A DNA stretch of 64,000 nt from Octopus vulgaris (Eukaryota), in contig OX597815.1 in assembly GCA_951406725.2 (NCBI GenBank), forward strand, positions 113,212,001-113,276,000. The letters run 5' to 3'. The translations under genes and the position numbers were made by a program. The notes under the pieces are model-generated. The model was not told the origin of the DNA, did not search any database, and worked only from the letters and a program-made list of their open reading frames with translations. The stretch's first letter is position 1; every line of letters starts with the position of its first letter. Positions 34,735-48,137 of this stretch are shown here, one piece after another.

Positions 34735-34960
34735 ATGCCATGTAAAAAGCACTTGTGCCAGTGCCACATAAAAGTGTTCATGCGATACCATCTTAAAAGC
34801 ATCCAGCATGCACTTTGGCATTACGAAGGACATCCAGCCACAGAAACTAAAATCCGACTGGTACCTGGTGCAGCTCTCCAGCTTGGCATCTTCAGTCAAA
34901 CTGTCCAATCCGTGCCAACATGGAAAACAGGCATTAAAGGATGATGATGATGATGATGAG
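34735..34960 (+). mobile_element. SINE family A, diverged copy
   Basis: GAAGGACATCCAGCC...CAACATGGAAAACAGGCATTAAAG(GAT)n. Confidence 0.7.
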
Positions 34961-35375
34961 ATATTGATCAGCTCTAGGTTATAATAGAAGATACCACACA
35001 GAGGGATCAAATAGCAAACCACACAACCAATGCCAGCATGGACAACGGACATTAAATGATGATGAAGATGATGATGACAGTATTGCAGGCAAGACCAGAC
35101 AACAATGTACATATTATGCATGCTGGGATGCTAGGAACTCTGCACTTTGTAGTGCTTCAGCGTTTTGGAAAGGCTATCAGCAGGCAAAGCAGATGAGTGC
35201 CTGGGATGCAATGTCAGTTCAACACACCACTTGGTACTTGCATACCTCTAGTAGGGTCAACTCTGTTGAAATCATTTGAACTAGGTTTTTCATCTAAGGA
35301 TAACTTCCTTCTCCTAATCAGCTATAAGGGCCTCGAAAATGGTCACAGTACTGCCTTCTTCCTCAGACTAAGCCA

Positions 35376-35645
35376 AGTGGCACGTAAACCGTGCTGGTGG
35401 CACGTAAAAAGCACCAGCCGATCGTGGCCATTTGCCAGCCTCCTCGTTTGGCACCTGTGCCAGTGGCACGTAAAAAGCACCCACTACACTCACAGAGTGG
35501 TTGGCATTAGGAAGGGCATTCAGCCGTAGAAACATTGCCAGATCAGACTGGGCCTGGTGCAGCCTTCTGGCTTCCCAGACCCCAGTTGAACCGTCCAACC
35601 CATGCCAGCATGGAAAGCGAACGCTAAACAATGATGATGATGATG
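35376..35645 (+). mobile_element. SINE family A
   Basis: Internal GTGGCACGTAAAAAGCACC repeats, shared core and (GAT)n tail. Confidence 0.88.
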
Positions 35646-35716
35646 TATAAATAAAGCCACCACTTCCTCTCTAAAATGCACCCTCACTCAGTCAAGGAGG
35701 AATGCTGGTGTGACTA

Positions 35717-36115
35717 GGCACAAGTGTGGTTAAGAAGCTTGCTTCCCAACCATATAGCCTAAAGTTCAATCAAACTGCACAACACCTTTGGCAAGTGTCT
35801 TCTATTATAGTCACAGGCCAATTAAAGCTTTATGAGTGTTATTTGGTAGATGGAAACTAAAAGAAGCATGCATGTATGCATGAATGTGTGTATATGAATG
35901 TGCATGAGCATGTATGTTTGTGTACCCTTGTCTTGACATCATGTGATGACTGCAAACAAGTATCAGTCATACAAGCAATTTTGTTTGTTTCTAATCTTCA
36001 ATGAAAACCTTGTCACACTATAGGGGAATATTACTACGCTTGAAAACAGATGAGGGTTTGTGAGAGAAGAAATGCATCCAGCCATAGAAAATCTGCCTCA
36101 GTACATTCCATCTGA
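35717..36115 (+). mobile_element. SINE family B, diverged copy
   Basis: Similar to 10849-11200 (TGTGGTTAAGAAGCTTGCTTCCCAACCA, GGCAAGTGTCTTCTA). Confidence 0.7.
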
Positions 36116-37031
36116 CCTAATACTAATAATTCAGACTTACCATGTAAGCATTCTGGGAGAGCACTGGCATATACCATAATGATTATGAACTTTAATCAAT
36201 TAATCCCTTAACGACTTTTTGTAATCTATACTCCTGTAACAATTTCACCCTTATGTTTATATATATATATATATGTCATAATTTGACCTCATACCAGCTG
36301 TTTGCTTGTTTATACTTTTATTAGACATAAATATATACATACATACACACACATACATGCATCTTCCATTTGCTCGGTGGAGCATCAATAAAGAACTAGT
36401 CTTTATGTGGTGATTCTAGAGTAAAAATTACACTGAAGTGGTTACTCATTGTCTTCTTTAGGCTCACAAAAGAATTTGATCTCAGCACATCAGATTAAGT
36501 TGTCAGTCTTACAATGCTGCATGCTTAGAGTAGGAAGTTGTTAGTAATTCTGCAGTACCTGTTTACATCAAGGAGAATGAGACACTTGCACAAGAAGCCA
36601 CACAAGGTGAGGAATCTAAAGCAATAACTGTGTGGTTGTGAAGTGAACTTTGCAACCACATAACCATGGCTGCTCCTTATAAAGGATACAATATTTTGAA
36701 ATAGTAATTATGCTGTAAGCAAAACCAGAGGTGGGAATTAGTTGTTTTGGTCTTCAAAGGAACCAGTGAAATAGAATCTTTTCAAAGAAACTGGATCTTT
36801 CCACAATCATGACTGCCATATAACAACAAAGTCGTTTATTTTTGTTAGTTCCCATTCTACTTCATTCTCCAATCAAAAACACAAAAATAAAAGCACTGCT
36901 ACAGTCACTTAACATGCTAGTAATAACAACTAAACATACCTCATACTTCCATATTTTAAAAATAAACAAAAACATTCAATAAACCTAGGTAACTATAAAA
37001 ATGACAAAGTTGTCACAACTCAAACACTCTT

Positions 37032-37267
37032 TATTTCTTTATTGCCCACAAGGGGCTAAACATTGAGGGGACAAACAAAGACAGACAAAGGGATTAAGTC
37101 GATTACATCAACCCCAGCCAGTGCGTAACTGGCACTTAATTTATCGACCCCGAAAGGATGAAAGGCAAAGTCGACCTCGGCGGAATTTGAACTCAGAACG
37201 TAACAGCAGATGAAATACTGCTAAGCATTTCACCTAGCATGTTAACGTTTCTGCCAGCTCGCCACCT
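37032..37267 (-). mobile_element. SINE family C, full length
   Basis: Highly similar to 63092-63324. Confidence 0.88.
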
Positions 37268-37774
37268 TGCCCTAGATCTGCTCAAACAGAATTGAGATGG
37301 AGGCTAAACAACAAAAAGGGATTATATTTAAGTCTGCTGCAGTTGCTGCCGGAGGAGGAGCAAATCAGTAGCAAAAACCAGAAGGTTGGGGAAGTGAACT
37401 TTTTAAACACACACCAGGGGTTTGGCAACTGAAAGAATATCAGACCATAGAAAACTTTACCCCAATGTACTCTCTCATCTGACCCATACAATCATGGAAA
37501 AGTGGACATTAAAACAATGATGATGATGTTGTATTTATGTATATTTATTAGCAAATAGTCATATGGATAGCTCACTCTATTTCAGCAAAAAATTGTTAGC
37601 TGATAAATATATTCCTTTACCTAACATATACATATTGACTACTCACTTGAACTATGGCCTTTTCAGTACTATACTGGTTTTATTCTGTGTGTGTGTATAT
37701 ATGTATGGTGGGGTTGTCTGTGTATGTGTGTTTAGAGCTGCAAAAGAGAAAAAGAATACTCAATACATAAAAGC

Positions 37775-38048
37775 CAGCACCGCCTTGACTGGCTTCCGTG
37801 CCAGTGGCACGTAAAAAGCAGCAACCGACTATGGCTGTTACCAGTGTCCTCTGGCCCCTGTGCAAGTGGCACGTAAAAAGCACCCACTACACTCACGGGG
37901 TGGTTGGCATTAGGAAGGGCATCCAGCTGTACGAACACCGCCAGATCAGACTGGAGCCTAATGCAGCCACCTGGCTTCCCAAACACCAGTCGAACCGTCC
38001 AACCCATGCTAGCATGGAAAACGGGCGTTAAACGATGATGATGATGAT
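37775..38048 (+). mobile_element. SINE family A
   Basis: Shared core and (GAT)n tail. Confidence 0.85.
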
Positions 38049-39559
38049 AAATATGCCAAACAAACACTGGCAACAGCAACTTCGGAGAATTTATGGACCA
38101 AATACCTTTTATATCCTTCTATACATTGGATATACATATTTCACAATGCGAGGACAGACACAACTGTCTTCACATGACATACTTCAAATTATTTCACTAA
38201 ACACAATACCCCAATAAATACAAACTCTCAATGATCTCAATGACTTCCTATGACTTCCACAAACTTTCAATGATGCCTACAACTTCTCTCATCTCAACTA
38301 ATGTGATACTTTTTATAAGAGTCTGGCTAGTCCATTCTTCTAAACCCACAGAGGTGTCAATGACTCTCACCACAACAATACTAAAGAGAAATTAAGCTGA
38401 GAGAATAATTATTTATTTATGATGATGATTTTAAAACTATCACTATAAAATCCACCAAATTCTCTCTCTTTTCTTTTCTCTCACTATCTCAAAATTATAC
38501 TGCTTTAATAAAGATTTTCTTTCTTGAACTTTTTCACTGAAAAGGTTTTGAAGTCTATTTGTGAAATAATATCTGCTCTAACGGACTTTTCTTAAAATAT
38601 CCTTGCTCAGAAAATATGTGGGTCCCCAATTTCCTGCCCTACCCCCATCATGACAAATATGACCTGTCATGATTACTCCAACTATCCTGAGAACATAAGA
38701 CATAGAGGGAGCTTCTACATGTTTACGTGAGTAGTCTTAAGTGGATGCCTTTGATCTTGGATCCATTCAATCAAAGTTCACTTGGAGTTAGACAACAACA
38801 ATTGTCATTCACTCAACCTTAGCTAAATCCCTACCCTTTACCTACTGCCATAGGGATTCCCTCTATCAAACACCTGTGCTTATTCATAGCAATCTACCCC
38901 AGATGTGTAACTGCAACAGTACCAAGAGATTCTCAACCAGCTGGTTGTTAAATACACTAGCCTGCCAACACAACAGTACCTACGCATTACTACTCGAAAT
39001 GCAACTAGTTTAAGTATTTGAACACTCAAAACAAACTTACCAATCCACTGTAAGCTCCTAACTTTCTATCACTGCACTGTGAGCACCTATAGCAGCAATA
39101 TGGAGAGAAGCAGCTCCTCAAGCATCATAAAGATCACATGATTGAGAGAGCACTAACTCTGAACAAAATTCTGCATAGAAAAGGTGTAAACTCTGAGAGT
39201 CATAGTAAAGACAATCTGACTAGAAGAGCAGCTAATCTGAATAGACAGCATAAAAAATACCAAGTCCAAATACAACAGGGTCTCACATATATAATATAGT
39301 GAGTTGCAAAACTGATTAACAGGGATTATTGAAGAAAGTAATAAACAAAAACTCCCTCTCAAGAAGTTTAATATCTAAACAGAACTAACAAGATAACACC
39401 ACCAAATAAAATCAATTAATTGAAACTTTAGAAAGTGCAGTATGGGATCTGATCTAGTCTTTGAGTTGACTGATATAAAGAAGAAACACGTTTGTTACTT
39501 TCACCAGTTGGCTAAAAGTAAAAGAACTTAAATGTGTGCTGGGTACAAGAGGTAAGATA

Positions 39560-40220
39560 GAAAGGAGCCTCAGCCAGACACTTCACAAGTAAGGAACAAA
39601 AGTACAAATTTAAGTACACTGCTGTGGTAGGTGAAGCAGACATTATTGGCAGAGAAATGAATGAATTAACTGAATTAGAATATCTAACAGAATAATCAAG
39701 CTAAAACTTGTCATTGATAACACACAGTAATGGTTATCTTTGAATATGCACCCCTATCAGGACTAGCAAAATAAGCAAAAAAGCCATTTCTATGAGAACC
39801 TCTTACAGATTATCACTACAATGAATAACACTGAACTTGTAATTAGGGGTGGTGACTTACACAGACATGTTTTGACAACATTATGATGCTTACTCCAAAG
39901 TATTTAGAGGTTATAGATATGAAGAAAGAAGATCTGAGATGCAAATGACCTAATTTTGGCAGGTGACATGTATTGCAATACTAACTTTATAAAACTTATC
40001 AGTTACCTAATTACCTAACAATCAGGCAAAAATGGAAGTCAGCTACAGCAGGAAATGAGATAGGTAACTGGTTGTGAATATTAATTCCTGCTTCTGTGAA
40101 AATTTGTAATACTCAGCAAAGACAAGAGCTCAACAGCCTCAGAATAAGAGCTAGACAAACTCAAAGGCACAACACAACTTAGAGAAGAAAGGTATGGAAG
40201 CTAAAAGATCCCTCTGTTGG
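39560..40220 (+). mobile_element. Very degraded RTE endonuclease-region remnant
   Basis: Traces of LLAEK, YAP..GL and GD motifs in the expected order. Confidence 0.4.
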
Positions 40221-41761
40221 ATGTATGTAGATTCAAAGAAGTACCAGTTGATATATATTTTGGGAAGTCCTTAGTTAAGGACTTCTTTATGTAACTGCAA
40301 TCCTCTTTATATCTGTCCCATCACAGTCTATTATACTCTCAGTTCATTATACTCTCAGTTCATTTGTGCTAACTTTACACATCCGGCAGAGCATCCTTGC
40401 TACATTTTGAAATTTGAAATTAGAGTAGCTAAGTAAGCATGATGTGCTTTTGTTCAGTTTGAACTATCGCAGGTTTTTGTTTGCTGGAGGAAATATGAAG
40501 AGGAAGGATTTTTGCTGAGAGATAAACAGAAGAGCAGAGCCTTTTACAGTAGAATGAAGTAGAAAAAGGACATAGCTAAATGCAGAGTCAGCTTCTGAAT
40601 GATGCAGAGCTAAGAAAAATGTATTAAATAACAGTATTTTACATGGATATGTGACAAACATGAGGGTCAAGTGAATTGAATGGGGTTGTTGTCATTTACC
40701 TCCATGTCAATTGTTCATTCCAGCGATGGCCACTTAGTCTTTTTTTTATCTGGTAGAGTATCTTGGACTATAATATTCAGTGTGTCCTTTTTTAAGATGG
40801 TAGGATTTTATTTAAGGAAAATTTAGCTGCTATTTCTAGTGGGTTAAGTGATTGTGTAGCACAGTGGTTTTCAACCATTTTTTTTTAATCAGAAAGGGTG
40901 TTTTAGATTCCAGAATTATTGAAACTTTGAATTAAGAAGATTTACTTTTTATAATGAGAACCAACACAGATCTGATTGAGCAAACTTATGGTCAAAGTAT
41001 TCTAGCTGTGACCCTCTCATCTTTCTTCTGACATATATCTATAACTGCATTATTAAATGTATCCTTCCTCTTTTTAAGATAATATTTTGTGGAAGATTTT
41101 GTTTCTATTTCTGTCTGGTTGGAGAATCACATAAAGGCTCACATTTACTTGGGATAAAACATGCCAAGCTCTAGGTTAGCTCTGATCAAGCAGAGCTTTG
41201 ATCAAAGATCTCATCTCTTTTTTCAGATATTGTGTATTTAGGATTACACTGTCCAGTGAGTCCTTCATTATTTTAGGAGGTATAGGTGTGATTTAAGGGA
41301 AATTTGGCTGCTATTTCTAGTGTCAACTTGGGATAGCTCCTCTTTCCCCTCTACATTCTCCTTATTCCATACCTTTCTTCTCTAAGTTGTTACCTGGTAA
41401 TCCAAATGGAAGAAACCTTTCATAAGAGGAAGACATGAAAAGAAGTAGTGAGGTTGATCTCAGGATGCTGAATTTCACAAAGAGGTTAACATGGGATTGT
41501 AACATGTGGTGAGATGCTGTGCTGGACAAAATCTATCAAACCCATGCTCACATGTAAAATGAAGATGAAGATGAAGATGAGAAAAAATAAATAATTTCTT
41601 TCACTGTATTTGACTATACCTGAAATTCACTGCTAACATCATTATTAACTATTTCCATGGCTCATACCTTCATTCTGTTTCCTTGTTTATATATTTGTGC
41701 ATGCATGAGTGTATGTAATATGCTTTCTTTATGTTGTTTTCATTTTTTTTAACACAAGGTG

Positions 41762-42122
41762 GCCAATGCCAGTGGCACGTGAAAAGCACCTTTCAAATGT
41801 CAAGCCTCAAGGAGGCAATGATGAATAACCAAGACCTTTGGCATTATGTCATACTTCAGAAGAAGAGCCATCAAGCCAAGTAAAATCACAATTGTGGCAG
41901 ATACTGGTATCACACAAATGGCACCTCTGCCGGTGGCATGTGAAAGCACCCATTACCCTCTCAAAATGGTTGGCACTAGGAAGGGCATCCAGCTGTAGAA
42001 ACCATGCCAAATCGGACTGGTGTCTGGTGCAGCCCTTCCAGCTTGCCAGCCCTGGTCAAACCGTCCAACTCATGCCAGCAAGGACAACAGATATTAAATG
42101 ATAATGATGATGATAATGATGA
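41762..42122 (+). mobile_element. SINE family A, longer variant
   Basis: Shared core and (GAT)n tail. Confidence 0.8.
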
Positions 42123-43687
42123 CCAGATAAATACATATCTCATCAATAGCAGAGCAGGATTAAAGAGAATTAATGCGTCTATATTCCAAGTAATGATATA
42201 AACACTTCTGAACAAGAAACCTTTCACTAAAAAAAAAAAAAATACAAATCCTGTAGTTGTTGTTTAACTCCAGTTCAGCTCTCATCCAGTGGACTTATGA
42301 TCAAAGGAATTCAAACCTTGATCCTGTCTTTTTACCAAGTAGTGTAACCAGGACCACATTATCCAATGTGTCCCTCTCCCTTTTAAGATAGTAGAGTGTA
42401 ATCTGAGGGAGGTTTGGCTGCTATTAGTGGAGTTCTTTAACAACTTAATCAAATTACAGTTGTTATTATTGCATATCTCTACCCAACCCTGATCAAGCAA
42501 ACCTACAGCACAAAGTAGTTAGTAGAAATAACAAGGTGCAATCCACAAATATACCATAACTCTAATACAAGTCCAGAAAGTGCACATTATCATGGAGATG
42601 TCAACTGTATGAATGCAGTATATCAGTCTGGGTACGTTTTGTGACTTCCTACTCCAGGTTGTTTTTTAATCTGTGTATATTTGGAGGTAACCAAACCAGA
42701 AGCAGGCATGGTGGAATCAATCAGTACAAGTCAGTAGCTATGTTTTTGTAAAACAATAAAGTAAACGATCTCACTGTTATAACAACATATATGTCCCCTT
42801 TATCTCTGTTAGGAGAGATAGTTGTTTTTTATGATGCTACAAATGTATCAGGATGCCTAAAGGTGCAGTGATAGTGACTGTGGGGGATGGGGCTTTTTGT
42901 GGCAATAAATTGGTATCTTTGCATATCCAGGAAATTACTTGATATCACTAACATACACATCCCCTTTGCTAACTCAAAACATAAATTCAGACAACTAGAC
43001 TCAACTATCACACCACTCACAAACCTCACATAAAGAATACAGGACAGTTCAATCCCATTGCACAGCAGTGGGTTGATCAAAGTACTGTTAGTGAAATTAA
43101 TAGATATACAGAAATTGTGTGGAAGCCAGTCAGAGGTACCATTCCTTTTCTAGTTGAAGGCTTAATCTATTGCCCAGTTCAGTACCTCCACCTCTCCTTT
43201 GAATGCTTTTGTCAGAGTTCACTCTTGCAAACATTCAGGCTATGTCTCCAGTCTCAGGACAAATTCCTCCTCTTCTTCCACCAGTCTTGGAGTCCCTGAA
43301 AAGAGTCATGGCCATTAGAGTTCCTCCTCTTAGCCATACAAAAAAACAAACACCACATAGTAACTGGCAAGTTTTCTCTTGGACTAATTAAACTTATGCT
43401 TAGGTCTAAAATATGTGCTTTTCCAAAAAGAATACTGCAGATTAAACATACTTTTAACTTATACTTCCACAACCAGCCCAAACTTCCAAAAACACACAGC
43501 TCCATAATGCAGGCATCACAGTTACCTCTATCTACCAAGTCAAACCCTACATCAACCCGTTAGAAACTTAGTTCGAAACAGAGTAAAGCTAAGACGTTCT
43601 ACATTCCCATCTCTCTTCTATCCAGCAACATCAAAGAATATCAAATGCAACCAAGGAGTACAGTGAACAACATATGCATAATTGCAT

Positions 43688-44000
43688 GGTGGTACATGAA
43701 AAAACATTTGAGCGAGGTCGTTGCCAGTGCCGCTGGACTGGCTCCTGTGCAGGTGGCACATGAAAAACACTATTTGAGAATGGCCGTTGCCAGTACCGCC
43801 TGACTGGCCCTCGTGCTGAGGGCACGTAAAAGCACCATCTACACTCTCGGAGTGGTTGGCATTAGGAAGGGCATCCAGCTGTAGAGACTCTGCCAGATCA
43901 GATTGGAGTCTGATGCAGCCATCTGGTTCGCCAGCCCTCAGTCAAATCGTCCAACCCATGCTAGCATGGAAAGCGGACGTTAATCAATGATGATGATGAC
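43688..44000 (+). mobile_element. SINE family A
   Basis: Internal tandem GCCAGT(G/A)CCGC units, shared core and (GAT)n tail. Confidence 0.85.
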
Positions 44001-44963
44001 TAGAAATTGCTTACAACAATTCTACAACGTTCTCGTCACACACAAAAGACGGAGTAAAGGGCAATATGATGCATAAACACTCAAAGTGCACTCACTTTGA
44101 AACAATAACAATAGATAAACAATATAGATCTATCATGGATTATGCTACCCTCTGGGCACCCCGTCTATGTTTCATAAATCACAGCAAGCCCGAATGAACT
44201 AACAAAGGAACCTGTATTCGGTCACTTAATCAGCTAGAACTATCAGCTAATTCTCCTTAAACAAACTCAGAGTTTAGAATCTGTACAAGAATAAAGCTTA
44301 TAATCGCTCTGAAATTTCTACTGAATTGGTTCAATAATAAACCTGAAATTCTGATAGATATGAAAATATTGAATTAAGAAGAAAAAATACAGATCTGAAC
44401 ATGGATTCAAATCGGTGATAATAGACGAAAGAATTATATTTCTTCATCACTGGACTACATTCATAACTCAGGTATGTTCTTTGAAATTGTTGTTTAATAT
44501 TAGAGTGAAGTCGTAGGGTAAATATATGGATAAATAAAAATACGATTAAAGTATTAAACTTAATCGAACTATCTCTATAGTCTAGTCGAAGAGGGTCTAA
44601 AAAGGAAATGGGCATCGATCCTCTTTCTCAGACTAAATTGCAAAAATAAAAAATAAATAAATAAAAAGAGATAATGATATGGAAACATAAGCAAATCTAA
44701 GATTTGCCGAATATAGAAATTCTTGGGAATGAAATGAAAAGCAATGCTGGATGAAAATATATTCTAAGTATAATTAATTGGTTTAATTGTAACGAGAGAA
44801 GTGAATAAAAGGTTCACAACAGGTTCTCGAAACGAAGAAAAAAGGCAGACAATAAAGAGATCGCCGAAATTATATATATATTAGGTAAGTAACACATCTT
44901 TGTTATAGAATTCCTTAAATAGATACGTATTAGAAATTTAAAGAAAATCATATTAAAACTTAC

Positions 44964-46440
44964 CAATCATGATGGAAATATATACACCAAATTTTAATAA
45001 GAAGCTTTAGGAAAATATTTAATTTTTAAAAAAGGTGAAGTATGTATGTTTACAACCCTCCAAAAAGCCTACAATGCCTATTTCCGTTCTAACCGGTGCA
45101 AGCTGAAAATATCCTCAGTGTAAATTCATTCCATTTGCAGTTCTCGTTTTTGTCTTGAATTTTTCGGTTGTGAATTCTTTCTTTCTCTAGAGATTATTAA
45201 TTTTATAACGATACAATCTTATCATGAATTAATAAGCAAAATGCTTGTATTTGAATTATTTACTGAAAGTAAACTTTATGAATTTTAAGGAACCATGATA
45301 ATGTTTTCAGATAAATTTACCGCTTTTTAAATGATTGGATGATGAATTCCATTGTTTCTAATACTTCGGGATAAATTCTCCAGGCTCTGTTTTAGCGTAT
45401 TTTGCGAGTATTTTTTCGCTCTCTCTATTTACTGTATTACCGAGAAAGCTCTTACATAAAAAAGAAAAAGAAAAAATTGACTCGTTAAGCGTCTAGGAAA
45501 CAGTTATTCAGTTGGTTTTGAACAAAGAAAAACGTGATTCCAGCATTGCTAACAACCGAAAAAAAATTAATCAATTGTAAAAAAAAGTTCTGTTGCTAAT
45601 CGCGATGTGCTATAACAAGTGCCTTTTGCTTGACATACAACACAAGGCCGGGAACTGGTGCCATCATCAACGTTCAGTTGATTCAACCAGCTGCTACTTT
45701 CATTTATTTATACTTTTAACATTTTTTTTAAATTCCCTTAGTACAAACAACCTTTAAGACGAAGGATAAGTATCTAATTCAATAGCTTAACTCTAAGTTC
45801 TAAGTAAAATACTTTCCGAAAAAAGAAGGTTTTTCATTTTTTTAATTCACTGAAAATTATGGCTCTGATGAACCTGGGATGAGCAACGATACCATTTCCA
45901 TTTTTTCTTTAATCTCAGTTGTCAGGTGACTGGATCGGTTTACATTACAAGGGTTTACTTAAGATAATCCGCACCAAATTTCAAGATAAAGCGCCTTCTT
46001 GCGAAACTTGTTTTTAATCAGACATTAAAATGAGGTAATGGAAATGATGGACTTTCGGAATAGCAATCAGTACCTCACAGAAAAGGGAAAGGGCACCTAA
46101 GAGGGTAAAATTCCTTCGTAATTGTAATATCCGTTGTACGAAATACAAGAACACAACAAATCAAAAAGAAATAAGTTTTCCCAGTTGCTTGCCCTTTTCC
46201 TTCTTCTTGATGTATTATTAGCTATTCCGAAACTCCGCCGGGCAAAAGACTCAAGTAGGTCTATGTCATGCATTTGGATAAATAAGTTATTAGTTAATGT
46301 TTTGAATGAAACGCGGAAAAAATTTCCAATTGAAATTTCCTTTTTAGTTGAAGAAAGAAAGCAAAAACCTAACAGCAATTGTTAGCGGCTCTCAAAGAAA
46401 AGGGGAGATAATTTCACAAAATTAATTTACATTCTTAGCG
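44964..46440 (-). promoter_or_regulatory. Candidate promoter and non-coding first exon of the zinc-finger gene
   Basis: About 2 kb of repeat-free, relatively CpG-retaining sequence; consensus donor TTG|GTAAGT on the minus strand at 44964/44963; same strand as the acceptor at 29374. Confidence 0.4.
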
Positions 46441-46444
46441 GAAA

Positions 46445-47215
46445 TTATGCCGTGTGGAGACCGGCATGCCAAAGAATAGACCCAACTTTTCCTCTGCGTG
46501 TCGTAAAAGCGACTAAAAGAAGTTGATGCAGGATCTGCACTCCAACCTCATAAAACCCTTACCAACAACAACCTCTTGTACAAACCCAAAAAGTTCTCTC
46601 CTCAACTGTCTATAAAGCATGAAGTGACTGGGGTAAAGCCGTCGGGACCATCCGCCGACAGTATCCTGGAGGGATGTCACTTTAGTGGTGCAACGATGTC
46701 ATCCGCCAAGTGTAGGAAATCTCGGTTCAACCTGGGGAGGTCTATTCGGATGGGAATCTGGAATGTTTTCTCACTGAGTGACGATTCCCGTCTGCTTTGA
46801 TGTCTAAGGAGCTCAACTGTGCGCGAGTTGCTGTGACGACCCTATCAGAAGTGTGTTGACCAGAGAGAAGCGACGCCTCAACCGGTGGTTATACCTACTA
46901 CTGATCTGAGAACTCTGATGGTTGGCATACCGGTGAGGTAGCAATTGCAGCGACCGACTGGCTGGTTTCAATGGTATTATGTGTGCCGGCTGTCAACAAG
47001 TGTATTATGTGACAGAGGATTGCATATTGTTTGAGTGTCATTTCCTTGGTTGCAGTGTATGCTCCGACTACCATGAGTGACAGGTCTGTGAAGGAGACAT
47101 TCTACACTCAGTTGTGATCTGTCGTGGAAAGTATCTCCAACAGGGATGCCTTGTTTGCCATAGGAGATTACAGTGCATCACCTGGAGTTGACAGAGCGGG
47201 ATACAAGGACGTTGA
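46445..47215 (+). mobile_element. RTE-clade LINE 5' end with an APE endonuclease pseudogene
   Basis: Leader motif GCGTGTCGTAAAAGCGACTAAA; IRMGIWNVFSL, LSEV, GYTYY, VAVYAPT, KETFYTQL and IGDYSA with stops and frameshifts. Confidence 0.85.
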
Positions 47216-47612
47216 CAGAATGGGATACGTGGAGATGTCGTTGGCGTTGTTAAGATGAAGACGATGGAGATGGTGGTCCTGAATGCTGCTGAACGAAGTT
47301 GAGTCTCCAATGTGAACTGCTGGTGTTGTCTGTCGCTGGAACTGGCTGTGTGCCCTGTGGTCAGTGGTTAGACATTAGAAGGTCTAGAACCTAAGACGAA
47401 ATACGGTGTTGAAAACTAGCCTTTTATAGGGGCTAGGAGGCTCCAACTGAGCTTTAGAAGACTGTGTCGCGGGACCTTATCAGAAGGCTGCGATTGGTTG
47501 GGTTCCCTATTGGCGCGTAATAGAGCAAGAGACAAATTGTGCCAATACCAACCAATCAGAGTTGTGGACACAACAGGATCCAAGCGGCCGAAGGTTAGCT
47601 GTTATATGCTAC
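47215..47612 (-). mobile_element. Partial LTR-like repeat
   Basis: Homologous to 53540-53950; the minus strand starts near (T)GTAGC and has CCAAT boxes and CTATAAAAG. Confidence 0.6.
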
Positions 47613-48137
47613 GTCCGTATTTATGTTATATATAACAGAGAGGGAGAGAATTTCATTAAGCGTCCGCTACACCTATATGAGTATCGCGGTTGATTTCATT
47701 TTCATTTTCATGCTCGATCGCATACGGATTTCACGTGTATCATATGTGCAGATCCCATTTTCAACCAATGATGGTTAAGTATTCACGTGGTAATTCTAGA
47801 AAATTCCTTCAGCAACGGCGTTATAAGCAGCCGCTTTTGGTGCGAATTCGGACTTCCTTCGTTTCAGCCCTAGACAAATTCTCCTCTTCAGCTATTTTTA
47901 CATCTACATACACAAACTAGCGCGATTGTCCAAATAGCTATTTTCACAGCTATATACCAACTCGGAAATGATGAAGAATCAACGCTATATATTTTTGCAG
48001 CTATATGCAGATCAGTTTAATAATTAAGATTTCAACTCCTGTAAATATGATGTTCTGATAATTTGATACTGTCTATATTTCATGAAGCCTTGTACAAATT
48101 GTGCCTTGTACAAATTGTAGCAATAAATATATATATA

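Noticed and set aside
42540-43560. Possible LINE endonuclease/RT remnant (GDVN-like trace)
   Set aside because: Too degraded to assign a strand or clade with confidence
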